The notes under the pieces were generated by a model, which was given only the letters and a program-made list of their open reading frames with translations, ran no database searches and was not told the DNA's origin. Below, in pieces: positions 7,957 to 17,531 of a stretch of DNA of 64,000 nucleotides. Numbering within the stretch: position 1 is the stretch's first letter; every line of letters starts with the position of its first letter. The position numbers and the translations under genes are program-made. The DNA lies in IMG/VR virus record IMGVR_UViG_3300031952_000001, positions 1 to 64,000 of that record; one strand, given 5' to 3'.

Positions 7957-10461
7957 ATGGCAATCAGCATTTCGAAATATGTCGATCCAGGCGTGTACAT
8001 CGCGGAAGTGATTGTCCCTGGTGCGATTTCCGTCACTTCTGAGCGCACGCTGGGGATCATCGCCATCGCTCCGCGCACCCGTCGCAGTGTGGATGAGCCG
8101 GTCACCCGCGGGAAGATCTACGCGGAGGTGCTGACTCTGTCCGTGGGGTCTCCCCATGTGGGGACCTTGGCGAACACCTCGAACAGGTCCAGGAACAACG
8201 CGCAGCTGTACATGAACGGGAACCCCTTGGGGCTCGCGGACTGGCAGTTCCTGGCTGCGCGCCTGGTGGGCACCGAGTGGGCTGGCGCGACGGTGGACGT
8301 CTCCCTGGCGACCGGTACCCCCTACTTCACCCTGTCCCTCGACGGGAAGCGCGCCGTCACTCTGAACTTCGATGCCCTGGTGCCGCTGGTTGGCGGTGTT
8401 CAGGCGGTCGCGACTCCGACGGACATCTGCAACGCCATCAACTACGCCCTGGCGAATGCGCTCGGGCCGTTCTTCTCGATCTACGGCCTGACCTACGCCG
8501 CGGTGGCGACCCACGCGGTGGGCCTGGTGAATGAGATCATCACCCTCACGTCGCCCTCGACGGAGCCCACTTCCGATCTGAAGGTGTTCATCTCCCCGAA
8601 CGCGGCGCTCGACGGTGCGTCCACGATCTCGACCGCTGCGTGGACTCCCGCGGTGGGCGCGGGTGTTCAAGCCACCACACGTCTCCAGGTGTTCGACGCG
8701 GCGTACACATCGTCCGCGGTCTACACCTTGGACTACGTGTCGGTCGACGTGCTGGTCGATGCGCTGGACAATGCCGGCACCTCTACCCCGCTGTCGGACA
8801 TCAACTACCTCGGTTCGTACCCGGGCGGTGTGGACTACACGAAGAACACGGACTACGAAGTCGGCATCGCCAACGATGTCGACTGGGACGTGACTACCTG
8901 GGTGCAGGCGACGGCGACCACGTTGGATTTCGTCGCCTTCCCGCCGACCATCGTGGCGGCCACCAACGACAAGCTCCTGATGTCCATCAACAACCGCACC
9001 CAGGTCCTCGTGACCTTGACCCCGGGCGCTCCGACGACTCCGGCGATTGTGGCCGCGGACATCAACGCCGCGCTGGCCTCGATTGCGAGTGCGTACGGCC
9101 CGGAGTTCTCGCACATGGCGGTCGTCGTGGGCAACACGGTGCGGATCCGGTGCCCGGACGACTTCGAGAACTACCTCCCGGAGAAGGGTGTCGCCAGCTC
9201 GATTCAGTTCCGGGCGACCGCTGCGAACGCCTTCACGACGCTGTTCGGCGCGATCACGCTGCCCTACACGGCCCAGGGCACCGGGAAGCGACCGGCGTTC
9301 GGGACGAACTACTACTGCACGTACGACTACGTCCGCCCGGCCACGGACTACACGACGGGACACCGTGTGTACGATCCGGATCAGCTCTACCAGTACACGA
9401 CCAAGCTGACGATGCAGAACTACCTGGTCAACAAGCTCTGCGTGGCGGGGGAGATCGCGTTCGAGAACGGCATCTCCTCGATGTACCTCTTCCAGATCAA
9501 CGACTCGGTGGCCCCCGGCACCCCGACGCAGCTGGAGATCAACACCGCGCTCGACGCCGCGAAGGAGTATTCGACCGTCACGGACGTCGTCACCATCGAC
9601 ACGAGCCTGGACACCGCGGTGTACCAGATGCTCCACGTCGCGGATCAGTCGTCGATGCTCGAAAAGCACTACCGCCGCGGCTGGTTCAGCATGGCACGGA
9701 ACACGGACGTCGGTGATCCCGACACGCCGGACACGTTCGTCTACCGGTCGACCAAGACCTTGCAGCCGGGCAACACCTCCCCGGGCCGCGGCCGGCTGTT
9801 CCTGATCGCTCCGGGCAACGCGACCAGAACCATCAAGCTCGACACGAGCCAAGAGATCGATCTCAACGTGGACGGCACGTACATCGCCGTCGCCGTCGCG
9901 TCGGTGTTCACCGCCCTCCCGAGCCCCTCGTCGGCGCTCATCGGGCGCTTCATCACGGGCTTCAAGACCGAGGGCTTCGGGACGTACCTCCGCGGCGAGC
10001 GCCACACGCTGGCGGACAAGGGCGTTCTCGTGGTCACGCTCGACGCCGGCCGCCTGGTCATGCTCGACCCGATCTCCACCGAGGCCGGCGGTGCCAAGGT
10101 GGTGCAGTTCGAGGAGCCGGCCTCCAGCGCGCAGAAGGACGCGGTCACGAAGACCGTCGACACCCTGCTCGCGGGCAACGTCATCGGTGTGGTTCCGGAC
10201 GATCTGAGCGACTTCATTTCGGACTGCAAGAAGTGGATCTTGCTCGGCATCACGGCGAACATCACCAATGGCTCGATTGCGGCCTACCGCGACCAGTCGG
10301 GGCTGCCGCGTGACATCGACGCTACGACGGACATCGTGGTGTACCAGTCTACGACTGATCCCAGGACCTTCTACTTCAAGTATTGGTACAACCTGAAGTA
10401 CCCGGCCAAGAGGTTCTTCGGTGAATACTCGGTCGACAACCCGTTCTTCAGCCCCGCCTAG
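7957..10461 (+). CDS. Contractile tail sheath protein (834 aa)
   Basis: N-terminal YVDPGVY motif typical of sheaths; C-terminal sheath-like domain (...RTFYFKYWYNLKYPAKRF); followed by tube genes. Confidence 0.9.
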   Translation: MAISISKYVDPGVYIAEVIVPGAISVTSERTLGIIAIAPRTRRSVDEPVTRGKIYAEVLTLSVGSPHVGTLANTSNRSRNNAQLYMNGNPLGLADWQFLAARLVGTEWAGATVDVSLATGTPYFTLSLDGKRAVTLNFDALVPLVGGVQAVATPTDICNAINYALANALGPFFSIYGLTYAAVATHAVGLVNEIITLTSPSTEPTSDLKVFISPNAALDGASTISTAAWTPAVGAGVQATTRLQVFDAAYTSSAVYTLDYVSVDVLVDALDNAGTSTPLSDINYLGSYPGGVDYTKNTDYEVGIANDVDWDVTTWVQATATTLDFVAFPPTIVAATNDKLLMSINNRTQVLVTLTPGAPTTPAIVAADINAALASIASAYGPEFSHMAVVVGNTVRIRCPDDFENYLPEKGVASSIQFRATAANAFTTLFGAITLPYTAQGTGKRPAFGTNYYCTYDYVRPATDYTTGHRVYDPDQLYQYTTKLTMQNYLVNKLCVAGEIAFENGISSMYLFQINDSVAPGTPTQLEINTALDAAKEYSTVTDVVTIDTSLDTAVYQMLHVADQSSMLEKHYRRGWFSMARNTDVGDPDTPDTFVYRSTKTLQPGNTSPGRGRLFLIAPGNATRTIKLDTSQEIDLNVDGTYIAVAVASVFTALPSPSSALIGRFITGFKTEGFGTYLRGERHTLADKGVLVVTLDAGRLVMLDPISTEAGGAKVVQFEEPASSAQKDAVTKTVDTLLAGNVIGVVPDDLSDFISDCKKWILLGITANITNGSIAAYRDQSGLPRDIDATTDIVVYQSTTDPRTFYFKYWYNLKYPAKRFFGEYSVDNPFFSPA

Positions 10462-10486
10462 TAGGGGTAGGGGAGGAGGATAGCAG

Positions 10487-10933
10487 ATGCAAGTCCCGTA
10501 CACAGGAATTCGTACTAGCCATGCGATCTCCATCCGCGTGGGCAGCACGACCATCGGCCAGATCCAGACCTGGGCTCCGACCCAGTCGAGGACCATCACG
10601 CCGGCCTACGAGCTGCGCTCCGAGACTTCCGGAGAGGTGACTGAGAACATTCCCGGGAACGTCACGGGCCTGACGATCCAGGTGAGCCGCTACGACTTGT
10701 TCACCGCCAAGATGGAGCAGGTCTGGGGCACCTCGAAGGCGCTGTGGATGCTTTCGAATCAGAATATCCCCCTCACGGTCGAGGAGAAGTGGCGCAATCC
10801 GAACATGATCGTCGAGAAGTTCGTCTACGAGGGCTGCTGGTTCTCTCAGCTCGGGCGCAACATGCAGGCGCAGGGTGACAGGATCGTCCTCGTCAACGCC
10901 ACCCTCGCCTACGTCAAGTGCCGCCCGTACTAG
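10487..10933 (+). CDS. Tail tube protein, paralog 1
   Basis: 148 aa right after the sheath; IGQIQTW...YEGCWFSQLGR tube-like pattern; GGAGGA RBS. Confidence 0.8.
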   Translation: MQVPYTGIRTSHAISIRVGSTTIGQIQTWAPTQSRTITPAYELRSETSGEVTENIPGNVTGLTIQVSRYDLFTAKMEQVWGTSKALWMLSNQNIPLTVEEKWRNPNMIVEKFVYEGCWFSQLGRNMQAQGDRIVLVNATLAYVKCRPY

Positions 10934-10939
10934 AAACCC

Positions 10940-11545
10940 ATGCCTGTACCGCGTACTGATCTCCGAACAAGTCACGCCATAACGCTTCGTGCAGCGGATA
11001 AGACGATAGGGCGGATCCAGAGCTGGGGTCCTTCGCAGGGCCGGGACGTCAAGCTCAAGTTCGAGATCAATGCGGTCGGTACCGGAGCCCCTATAGAGGC
11101 CGTCCCCGGCATTGCGACTTCCCAGGTTATTCAGGTGGCTCGCTACGATCTCTACGTTCAGAAAATGGAGGAGATCTGGGGTATGCCGAGGCCTCTGTGG
11201 GCCCTGACAGACCAGCACAACCCCATCGACATCGAAGAGAAGTGGATCAAGTTTGGAACGAAAGAAAAACCACTGATTCCGGGCATGGAGACTGTCACAA
11301 CTTCCTCCTTGCTGGATAAGGTCGGGTCGACGAAGTTCGGAAAAGCACTGGGGATCGGAACCGCGAACGAGCTGGGAGGCATAGACATCGGACCTGCCGG
11401 CGCTGGTCAGGAAATAACGGTTGAGAAGAACTGGTATTCGGGATGCTGGTTCACGAGCATGGGCCGTGTGATGCAGGCACAAGGAGACCGTTTAGTGCTC
11501 GTAAACGCCACTTTGGTGTATGTGAAGATGCGACGTTTGATGTAG
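10940..11545 (+). CDS. Tail tube protein, paralog 2 (with ~50-aa insertion)
   Basis: Colinear with paralog 1 (RTSHAI, IGRIQSW, YDL..KMEE.WG, QAQGDR.VLVNATL). Confidence 0.8.
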   Translation: MPVPRTDLRTSHAITLRAADKTIGRIQSWGPSQGRDVKLKFEINAVGTGAPIEAVPGIATSQVIQVARYDLYVQKMEEIWGMPRPLWALTDQHNPIDIEEKWIKFGTKEKPLIPGMETVTTSSLLDKVGSTKFGKALGIGTANELGGIDIGPAGAGQEITVEKNWYSGCWFTSMGRVMQAQGDRLVLVNATLVYVKMRRLM

Positions 11546-11600
11546 AGTTCGTCATCGACAAAACACCCCGGAAACCCCGGGAGAAGGGAGCGAAAGCGCC

Positions 11601-12131
11601 ATGTCGAACGAAACGACCAACCCCAAGAGAATATTGGACGATCTCGCGAGGGAACTCGACGGAGACTGCCTGGAGGACACCTTCACCTGGAAGGGCCGGA
11701 AGTTCAAGATCAAGCTCTTGAACGAGGAGGAGTCGAACTGGAGGAACGGGTTCGTGAACATGGGTAGTGGGTTCTCGACCATCACGTCGTGGCGGCTGCC
11801 TACCCTCGCCATCGGAATCCGGGAGATCGACGACGTCCCTGTGTTCGAGTTCTTCCGCTCCGAGTGGGAGGCGACCGAGAAGGGCCGGGAGGTCGTGCGT
11901 CTCATGGAAGGTCGCGGCACCTTCAGCATGAAGTATTTCTCTGCTGAGCACCTCATGCAGTACCTGGGGCGGCGTCCTCCCGAGGCTCTGGAGGAGATGT
12001 GGAAATACTACAAGATGCTGGAGGACCGTCGTGAGGAGGCCCAAGACAACGTAAAAAAATCCTCAGGGGAGGGTTCGGAGAAGGCCGAGAGGCCGAGTGG
12101 GACCGAATCTTCCCCGTCTGGAGAAGAGTAG
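11601..12131 (+). CDS. Tail assembly chaperone (G-like, short form)
   Basis: Between tube and tape-measure genes; contains a slippery site near its 3' end. Confidence 0.75.
   Translation: MSNETTNPKRILDDLARELDGDCLEDTFTWKGRKFKIKLLNEEESNWRNGFVNMGSGFSTITSWRLPTLAIGIREIDDVPVFEFFRSEWEATEKGREVVRLMEGRGTFSMKYFSAEHLMQYLGRRPPEALEEMWKYYKMLEDRREEAQDNVKKSSGEGSEKAERPSGTESSPSGEE
12053..12115 (+). promoter_or_regulatory. -1 programmed ribosomal frameshift signal (A AAA AAA + 13-bp stem)
   Basis: Heptamer 12053-12059, 6-nt spacer, GGGGAGGGTTCGG (12066-78) pairs with CCGAATCTTCCCC (12103-15); the -1 frame is open from 12035 to 12880. Confidence 0.85.
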
Positions 12132-12880
12132 TCTCCCGGTTCAAGATCAAAGCGAAGATCTTGACTCGGCGGATGATGTGTCTTGGCGACCCCCGGCTGA
12201 AGGGGATGAACGACACCCAGTGGGTGTTCGAGCTGGAGGCCATGAATCTTCAGGACAAGGAGAAGTATGACGACCTGCGCATGCTCTCCGACATCACGAA
12301 GAAGCAGATCATCTCCATGCTGGGGCTGAATCTGCTTCCCGTGGAGGACGAGAAGACTGGCCTGCTTCGTCAGCCCGAAGAGCACGAGTGCCTGCCCCTC
12401 GCCATCATGATCGGCAGGGACGACATCCTGGCGGCCATCAAAGAGCGCCAGGAGCAGTACGGCACTCAGGAAGAGGTTCGCGCACAGCTTGAGTCTTCTG
12501 ATGCGCTCATGGGATCCGGAAAGGCGGAAGATACGGGTGTTGTGGAGATGAGTCCTGACGAGCTGGAGGAGTTCATGAAGGATGAGGGGGACGTCGAGTT
12601 CGAGAACGCCCCTGAAGATCTCCGCAAGGCCATGAAGTGGGGCGGGCGCGATACCCAGATGCTCTTGGAGAACCTCGTGCTGTCCAAAGACGATCTTGGA
12701 GATGATCCTCTGGAGGATCTACCGGCAAGGACTTTGGGGAGGGCCCGTTCGGACATCAAGGATTCCCTGAAGACACGTCCAGTAGTCAGTGGCATCGAAG
12801 TCGAGGAGGTAGAGTTAAGGTCTACGAAGGGCCTTGAGGTAAAATCAGATCGACCTGTGGTGACGTTGGACATCGAGTGA
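12059..12880 (+). CDS. Tail assembly chaperone frameshift extension (T part of a ~426-aa GT-like fusion)
   Basis: -1 frame reads ILRGGFGEGREAEWDRIFPVWRRVVSRFKIKAKILTRRMM... with GC3-rich codons and continues into ORF 12161-12880. Confidence 0.8.
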   Translation: MLRGGFGEGREAEWDRIFPVWRRVVSRFKIKAKILTRRMMCLGDPRLKGMNDTQWVFELEAMNLQDKEKYDDLRMLSDITKKQIISMLGLNLLPVEDEKTGLLRQPEEHECLPLAIMIGRDDILAAIKERQEQYGTQEEVRAQLESSDALMGSGKAEDTGVVEMSPDELEEFMKDEGDVEFENAPEDLRKAMKWGGRDTQMLLENLVLSKDDLGDDPLEDLPARTLGRARSDIKDSLKTRPVVSGIEVEEVELRSTKGLEVKSDRPVVTLDIE

Positions 12881-12884
12881 GGGA

Positions 12885-15218
12885 ATGGCCGAGGTTCAGA
12901 CATACCTGCTCAAGTGGGACCTGGACAAGTTCCGTGACCAGATCGCGGACTCGCAGGCCACGTACACGAAATTCGGGTCCGCCCTGCGTGACCTTGTCGG
13001 AGCGGTTTCAGGAGACCTGACCGCCCTTCAGCAGCGTGCCTCGGCGGTCTCGTCTACCCTGGTAGGCCTCACTCCCCAGATCGAGCGGTCGGTTCAGACG
13101 TTGAGGGAGGGGTCTTCTTCGGCGAACCAACTGCTGGAGTCCATCGCGAGAAGCGGCTCCAGGATCGCAGCGGACATGTCCAGGGCGACCGCTGGGGCCC
13201 CTGGAGCGGGTAAGGGTCCCCAAGGAAGCCCTCCCGGTGTCGACAAGGCAGAAGCCCAGGTAGAGGGCGTAAAAGCGTCTGCCATCATCGCCTTGGACAT
13301 GGCGAATGAAGCCTTGTCCAAGGTGAGTGAGGCGCTGAAGATCATCGAGCGCAACAAGAAGGCCTTGAAAGCGGAGATGACTGCGGCCGAGAAGCTCATG
13401 AAGGATGAGCTGAAGAACGCTGCCGCCAAGGTCAAGGAGGTGGTCAGTCACATGCCCGGAGGGGTTCTGTCGAGCGGTCTCCTCGGCGGCCTTCTGGGGG
13501 CCATGATCCTGGGGTACACCGAGACGGACCGCGTCAAGGCCCTCTCCGGAGAGGTCCTGAACGTCTTTGAGGCTACGGGGGAGTCTCTGTCGTCCAAGGC
13601 TGGGATCAAGGCTCGGGAGTTCTTTACGGGTCCGAATGGTTTCGTAGAGAAGGCGCAGTGGTTCTATGGGATCTCGAAGGAAGAGTCCATGGGAGTCCTG
13701 AAGACCATGGTGGACGCCGGCTACAAGGGCAAGCAGATCAGTGCGTCGTTCAACAAGTCCCTCGGAGAGGTCGGTTCGAACGTTGCAGTTTTGTCCATGG
13801 CGGTGGACAAGCACTTCAACCAGGACACGGGGACCTCCATGAACAACATCATCCAGATCACGACGTCTCTGGGAGATTCTCTGAAGGACGCGACAGACAA
13901 GTACACCAGGCTCGCGTTTGCCGGCCAGCGAAGCGCCATGGGGGTCAGCAAGTTTACGGACTCCGTGATCTCTGGAGCGTCGGCGATGCAGCAGTACGGT
14001 GTCGACGTGGAAGATGTCGCGAGCATGATGAGCACTGTTCAGAAGCACTACCAGGACATGGGACTGAGCCCTCAGTACGCAGGAGACCGGGCTACGCAAG
14101 CCGTCTCAGGCCTGATGACCAGCATGGCGAACATGAACCCTGCGGTGAAGGCTCTCGTCATGCAGCGGATCAACCCCGGTCTCTCCGGTCTGGACGCTCG
14201 GCAGGCGTTCGAGGACGGGTTCAAGAGGGTGATTTCCGGAGAGGACAAGAACTTTGCGTCGAAGGCCGCTATGGCGTTGTACCAGTACGCGGCTGAAGGA
14301 CGTGACCGGAGCGGTGCTATAAAAATCTTGGAGGGTGTTGCCGGCATGCAGAACCAGCCGGCCGCTACTTTGGTGGACACGAAGGGTGAGCTTGTCAAGG
14401 TGAATGCCCTCACGGAGTTGAATCAAAAGGAGACGGCCAACCTGAAGAATTCTCTCATAACCGAAGGTGAGAGGCTCTCTGCTCTCGCTAAGATGCAGCG
14501 GGAGCTGTACAAGGCGATTGCTTCTATAGGCAAGGGGCTTTTGAAGATCCTCACCGGCCTCGTTGGGGTCCTTGTGATGGGCTTTAAGTCTCTTCCTGTG
14601 CTCATCATGGCCCTTATACCAGGCTCTCAGGTTGGGTGGGCTGAGCTAAATGAGCTATCCCGAAAATTCGATGCTCTGAGCACGAGCATAAGCTCCGGTG
14701 CTCAGGACATGAAGACCGGTTTTGGAATGCTTCCTGACATTTTCGGTAAGGAATTTTCAGATGATCTGAAGCCCTTGCTCGATGTGCTCAAGTACGACGT
14801 GCCGAAGTACGCCAGTGGGGGTGTAGAAATGCCCTCCCCGTTTGAATCTATGGAGGAGAACGCTAGAAGAGTTAAGGCCATAAAAGAGGAAATGATAAGT
14901 GATATTACAGAACTTGTTGCTGACGAAGATACACGTAACATGTTGATCGGTGAAATCAAGTCCGGTGTTGTTACGTCGCGAGGTCTTGCGTCCTACATTA
15001 AGAGTCGAGAAGACGCGAAGACTCGGGAACGGTTTGAAGGGAAAAAAGAAGCAGTAACCCCCAAACTCAAAATGAAAGACGTTGGCCTCAAGTATAAACC
15101 CCTCAACACGGCAGAGATACGGGCTGCCGCTAAGAAGGGAGCAATACTTACAGCAGGGCAGCAGAGGTCTTTGACGTTGAAGGTGGACAGGGACATCCTC
15201 AAGCACATGGGGCAGTAA
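12885..15218 (+). CDS. Tape measure protein paralog 1 (777 aa)
   Basis: Follows the chaperone; long helical A/S/G/K-rich protein; homologous to the next two genes. Confidence 0.75.
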   Translation: MAEVQTYLLKWDLDKFRDQIADSQATYTKFGSALRDLVGAVSGDLTALQQRASAVSSTLVGLTPQIERSVQTLREGSSSANQLLESIARSGSRIAADMSRATAGAPGAGKGPQGSPPGVDKAEAQVEGVKASAIIALDMANEALSKVSEALKIIERNKKALKAEMTAAEKLMKDELKNAAAKVKEVVSHMPGGVLSSGLLGGLLGAMILGYTETDRVKALSGEVLNVFEATGESLSSKAGIKAREFFTGPNGFVEKAQWFYGISKEESMGVLKTMVDAGYKGKQISASFNKSLGEVGSNVAVLSMAVDKHFNQDTGTSMNNIIQITTSLGDSLKDATDKYTRLAFAGQRSAMGVSKFTDSVISGASAMQQYGVDVEDVASMMSTVQKHYQDMGLSPQYAGDRATQAVSGLMTSMANMNPAVKALVMQRINPGLSGLDARQAFEDGFKRVISGEDKNFASKAAMALYQYAAEGRDRSGAIKILEGVAGMQNQPAATLVDTKGELVKVNALTELNQKETANLKNSLITEGERLSALAKMQRELYKAIASIGKGLLKILTGLVGVLVMGFKSLPVLIMALIPGSQVGWAELNELSRKFDALSTSISSGAQDMKTGFGMLPDIFGKEFSDDLKPLLDVLKYDVPKYASGGVEMPSPFESMEENARRVKAIKEEMISDITELVADEDTRNMLIGEIKSGVVTSRGLASYIKSREDAKTRERFEGKKEAVTPKLKMKDVGLKYKPLNTAEIRAAAKKGAILTAGQQRSLTLKVDRDILKHMGQ

Positions 15219-15224
15219 TTTTAG

Positions 15225-17531
15225 ATGGTGGAACAGTTCTACATAGATCTTGATTTGACCGGGCTGGAGAGCCAGCTCAGTGATGTGCAGCATTCGTACA
15301 CCGAGCTGGGAACCGCCATCCAGCAGATCACGTCCGACTACAAGAAGTCCCTTTCTGACATGGCGGGTCTTGCGACTCAGACCGTTGCCCCGATGGACAT
15401 CCCTCCTACACTGGAACCCGGCCTGAACCAGCTGATGGCTCAAATGAACGAGATGCAGAGGAACGTCCCTGCTGTGCAGGCTGCGTTGAAACAGTTGGAG
15501 GGTCTGCATGAGGCTCGTAGAGCCGCAGCAGCTTCTGCGGGCCCCCGTGTTGCGGGGAATCAGCCCCCTCCAGGTCTTCCGGATCCGGAGCGTATTCGTG
15601 CCGTCGCTGAGCAGGGGCAGGAGCTGGCTTTGAAGACCCTGGCGGCGGTGGACAAGGCGTTGGACGAGAACGAGAGCTGGAAGTCCCGCGTACAGAAGCT
15701 CATCGAGTCGGAGATGAAGAAGGTTCGTGCGAAGATCAGTGAAGTTTTGAGTAACCTTCCAGGACAGGTTTCTACAGGATTTTTTGGGGCCCTCATGGGC
15801 TCTATGGTGCTGGGGTACACGGAAAAAAATCGCCGTCGAAAAGAGATGGGGGAGATGGCGAACATGTTCGAGGGTGGTGTCAACGCCCTGTTTTCGAAAG
15901 GCTCCCGGGATGTTGTTCGAAAGTTCTCGCAGTGGGGGGAGAACGCGCAGTGGCAGTGGGGTGTTGGCCGAAAAGAACTTCAAGGTGGGATAAAGCTGAT
16001 GGTGGACAACGGTCTCACCCAGGCGCAGATGTCCAAGAGTTTTGGTAGGGGTCTGGGCGATGTCGGTGAGAACGTGGTCACACTGACTATAGGTCTTGCA
16101 AAGCATTACAACTTCTCTACTTCTGATGCTATGGAAGACGTTGTGAGCCTGGTTCGGGATTACGGGATGGGGCTCTCGAACGCGGCAGACCTCATGGTGA
16201 AGATGGCTGCCGCGGGTCAGGGAAGTTCTATAGGTGTGAAGAACTTTTCTCGAATCGTATTGGCTTCTGCGGACCCACTGTCGCGCATGGGCGTCAAAGC
16301 TGAAGATGTCGGTGTTTTCGTGGATCGGTTGTTGAAGGGCTACAAGTCTGCGGGGTTGGACGCTCGGTATTCTGGACGACAAGTCGAGGGTGTGGCGGTC
16401 GACATGATGACAGCGTTCAGTAACATGGACAATGCGATGAAGCTCGCCATCGCCCGGGACATGTATAAGGACCCGGAAGGGGACGCGATGGGGCTCTTGA
16501 TTCGTTTTGAAGATGGCGTTACTCGATTGGCGCGGAAGGAAAGCTCTGACTTTTTGGACAAGCTGATTACTTCGTTCTTCCACGTCGTGGTCGACCGGTC
16601 GACCAACGAGAGGTCCCCTGCCATCCAGGTGATCATGTCCTCTCTGAATGTGGAGAACACCACGGCTTCCAGGATGTTCGACTTCAGGGCTATTCTGGAG
16701 AAAGGTGGTGAGCTGAACTCGATGGACAAGAAGTCCAAGAGGGAATTCCGTAATGCGTTTGTTTACGAGTCTGAACAAGTTTCCGATCTGTTCAAGACGA
16801 AGAGGGAGATGATCCTTGGCGTCGGTAAGATGGGCGAGGGCATTCTTGCCCTCATTGTCGACATGGTCGGTATGGCAATGATCGGAATGCAGGGTATGGC
16901 AGCTTCTGCAAGCGCTCCAAAGGGTCAGCAGGCTGCTGTGAACATGCTCATCTACTTTAAGCAGTTGGAGATCTATCGCAACATGGGTCGCGATTTGGCG
17001 CTCATCAAGGAGGGCGCAGGTCTGGCGGTGGGCGCTCTTCCAAAAGAGTTTGCGGACACCTTTGCTCCTGTAGTGGAAGCCTTTAAATCGGATGTTTTTG
17101 AAGGATCCGGACTTTACAACCAGGCATACAATCAAGTATTGGCGCACCCTATAGATAATTTGAAGAGTGTTATGGGGTTTGCTGAGAGTATGCAGCCTTG
17201 GAATCTTATTAAGAGTAAAGAGTCTTCCACTCCTGGTACGCCGAGTGCTCTGGATATAGTAACTGGGGATTTTCTAGGAAATGGTCCCGGTAGCTCTGAG
17301 CTGGTGGCGGCGTACCTAAGGAGGCAGGCTGCTGCAAAACTCCAGGTAAAGACGCCCCCGGAGGTGAAGAAGGTGAAAGACAAGCCGCGGGTAGACCAGG
17401 CGGATGAATCCGGAACACCGAAAAAGAATCCTCAGGAACCTGAAGTTTCCGGGTTGGGCCTGGCGGAGAGACTCATGCAAGCGCGCCAAGCTATCGCGGC
17501 TGAGGACTCAAACAGGATGAGCACCCAGTGA
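15225..17531 (+). CDS. Tape measure protein paralog 2 (768 aa)
   Basis: Colinear with paralog 1 (LGYTE.NR...GE..N; AQW..G; MVD.G). Confidence 0.75.
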   Translation: MVEQFYIDLDLTGLESQLSDVQHSYTELGTAIQQITSDYKKSLSDMAGLATQTVAPMDIPPTLEPGLNQLMAQMNEMQRNVPAVQAALKQLEGLHEARRAAAASAGPRVAGNQPPPGLPDPERIRAVAEQGQELALKTLAAVDKALDENESWKSRVQKLIESEMKKVRAKISEVLSNLPGQVSTGFFGALMGSMVLGYTEKNRRRKEMGEMANMFEGGVNALFSKGSRDVVRKFSQWGENAQWQWGVGRKELQGGIKLMVDNGLTQAQMSKSFGRGLGDVGENVVTLTIGLAKHYNFSTSDAMEDVVSLVRDYGMGLSNAADLMVKMAAAGQGSSIGVKNFSRIVLASADPLSRMGVKAEDVGVFVDRLLKGYKSAGLDARYSGRQVEGVAVDMMTAFSNMDNAMKLAIARDMYKDPEGDAMGLLIRFEDGVTRLARKESSDFLDKLITSFFHVVVDRSTNERSPAIQVIMSSLNVENTTASRMFDFRAILEKGGELNSMDKKSKREFRNAFVYESEQVSDLFKTKREMILGVGKMGEGILALIVDMVGMAMIGMQGMAASASAPKGQQAAVNMLIYFKQLEIYRNMGRDLALIKEGAGLAVGALPKEFADTFAPVVEAFKSDVFEGSGLYNQAYNQVLAHPIDNLKSVMGFAESMQPWNLIKSKESSTPGTPSALDIVTGDFLGNGPGSSELVAAYLRRQAAAKLQVKTPPEVKKVKDKPRVDQADESGTPKKNPQEPEVSGLGLAERLMQARQAIAAEDSNRMSTQ

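Noticed and set aside
7930-10599. 889-aa minus-strand ORF (and similar long antisense ORFs at 3911-5917, 14757-17147, 17432-18598, 28503-30596, 54415-56289, 59885-61567, 61672-63618)
   Set aside because: Shadow ORFs mirroring well-supported + strand genes in GC-rich DNA; R/V/H/G-rich, with no motifs or RBS.
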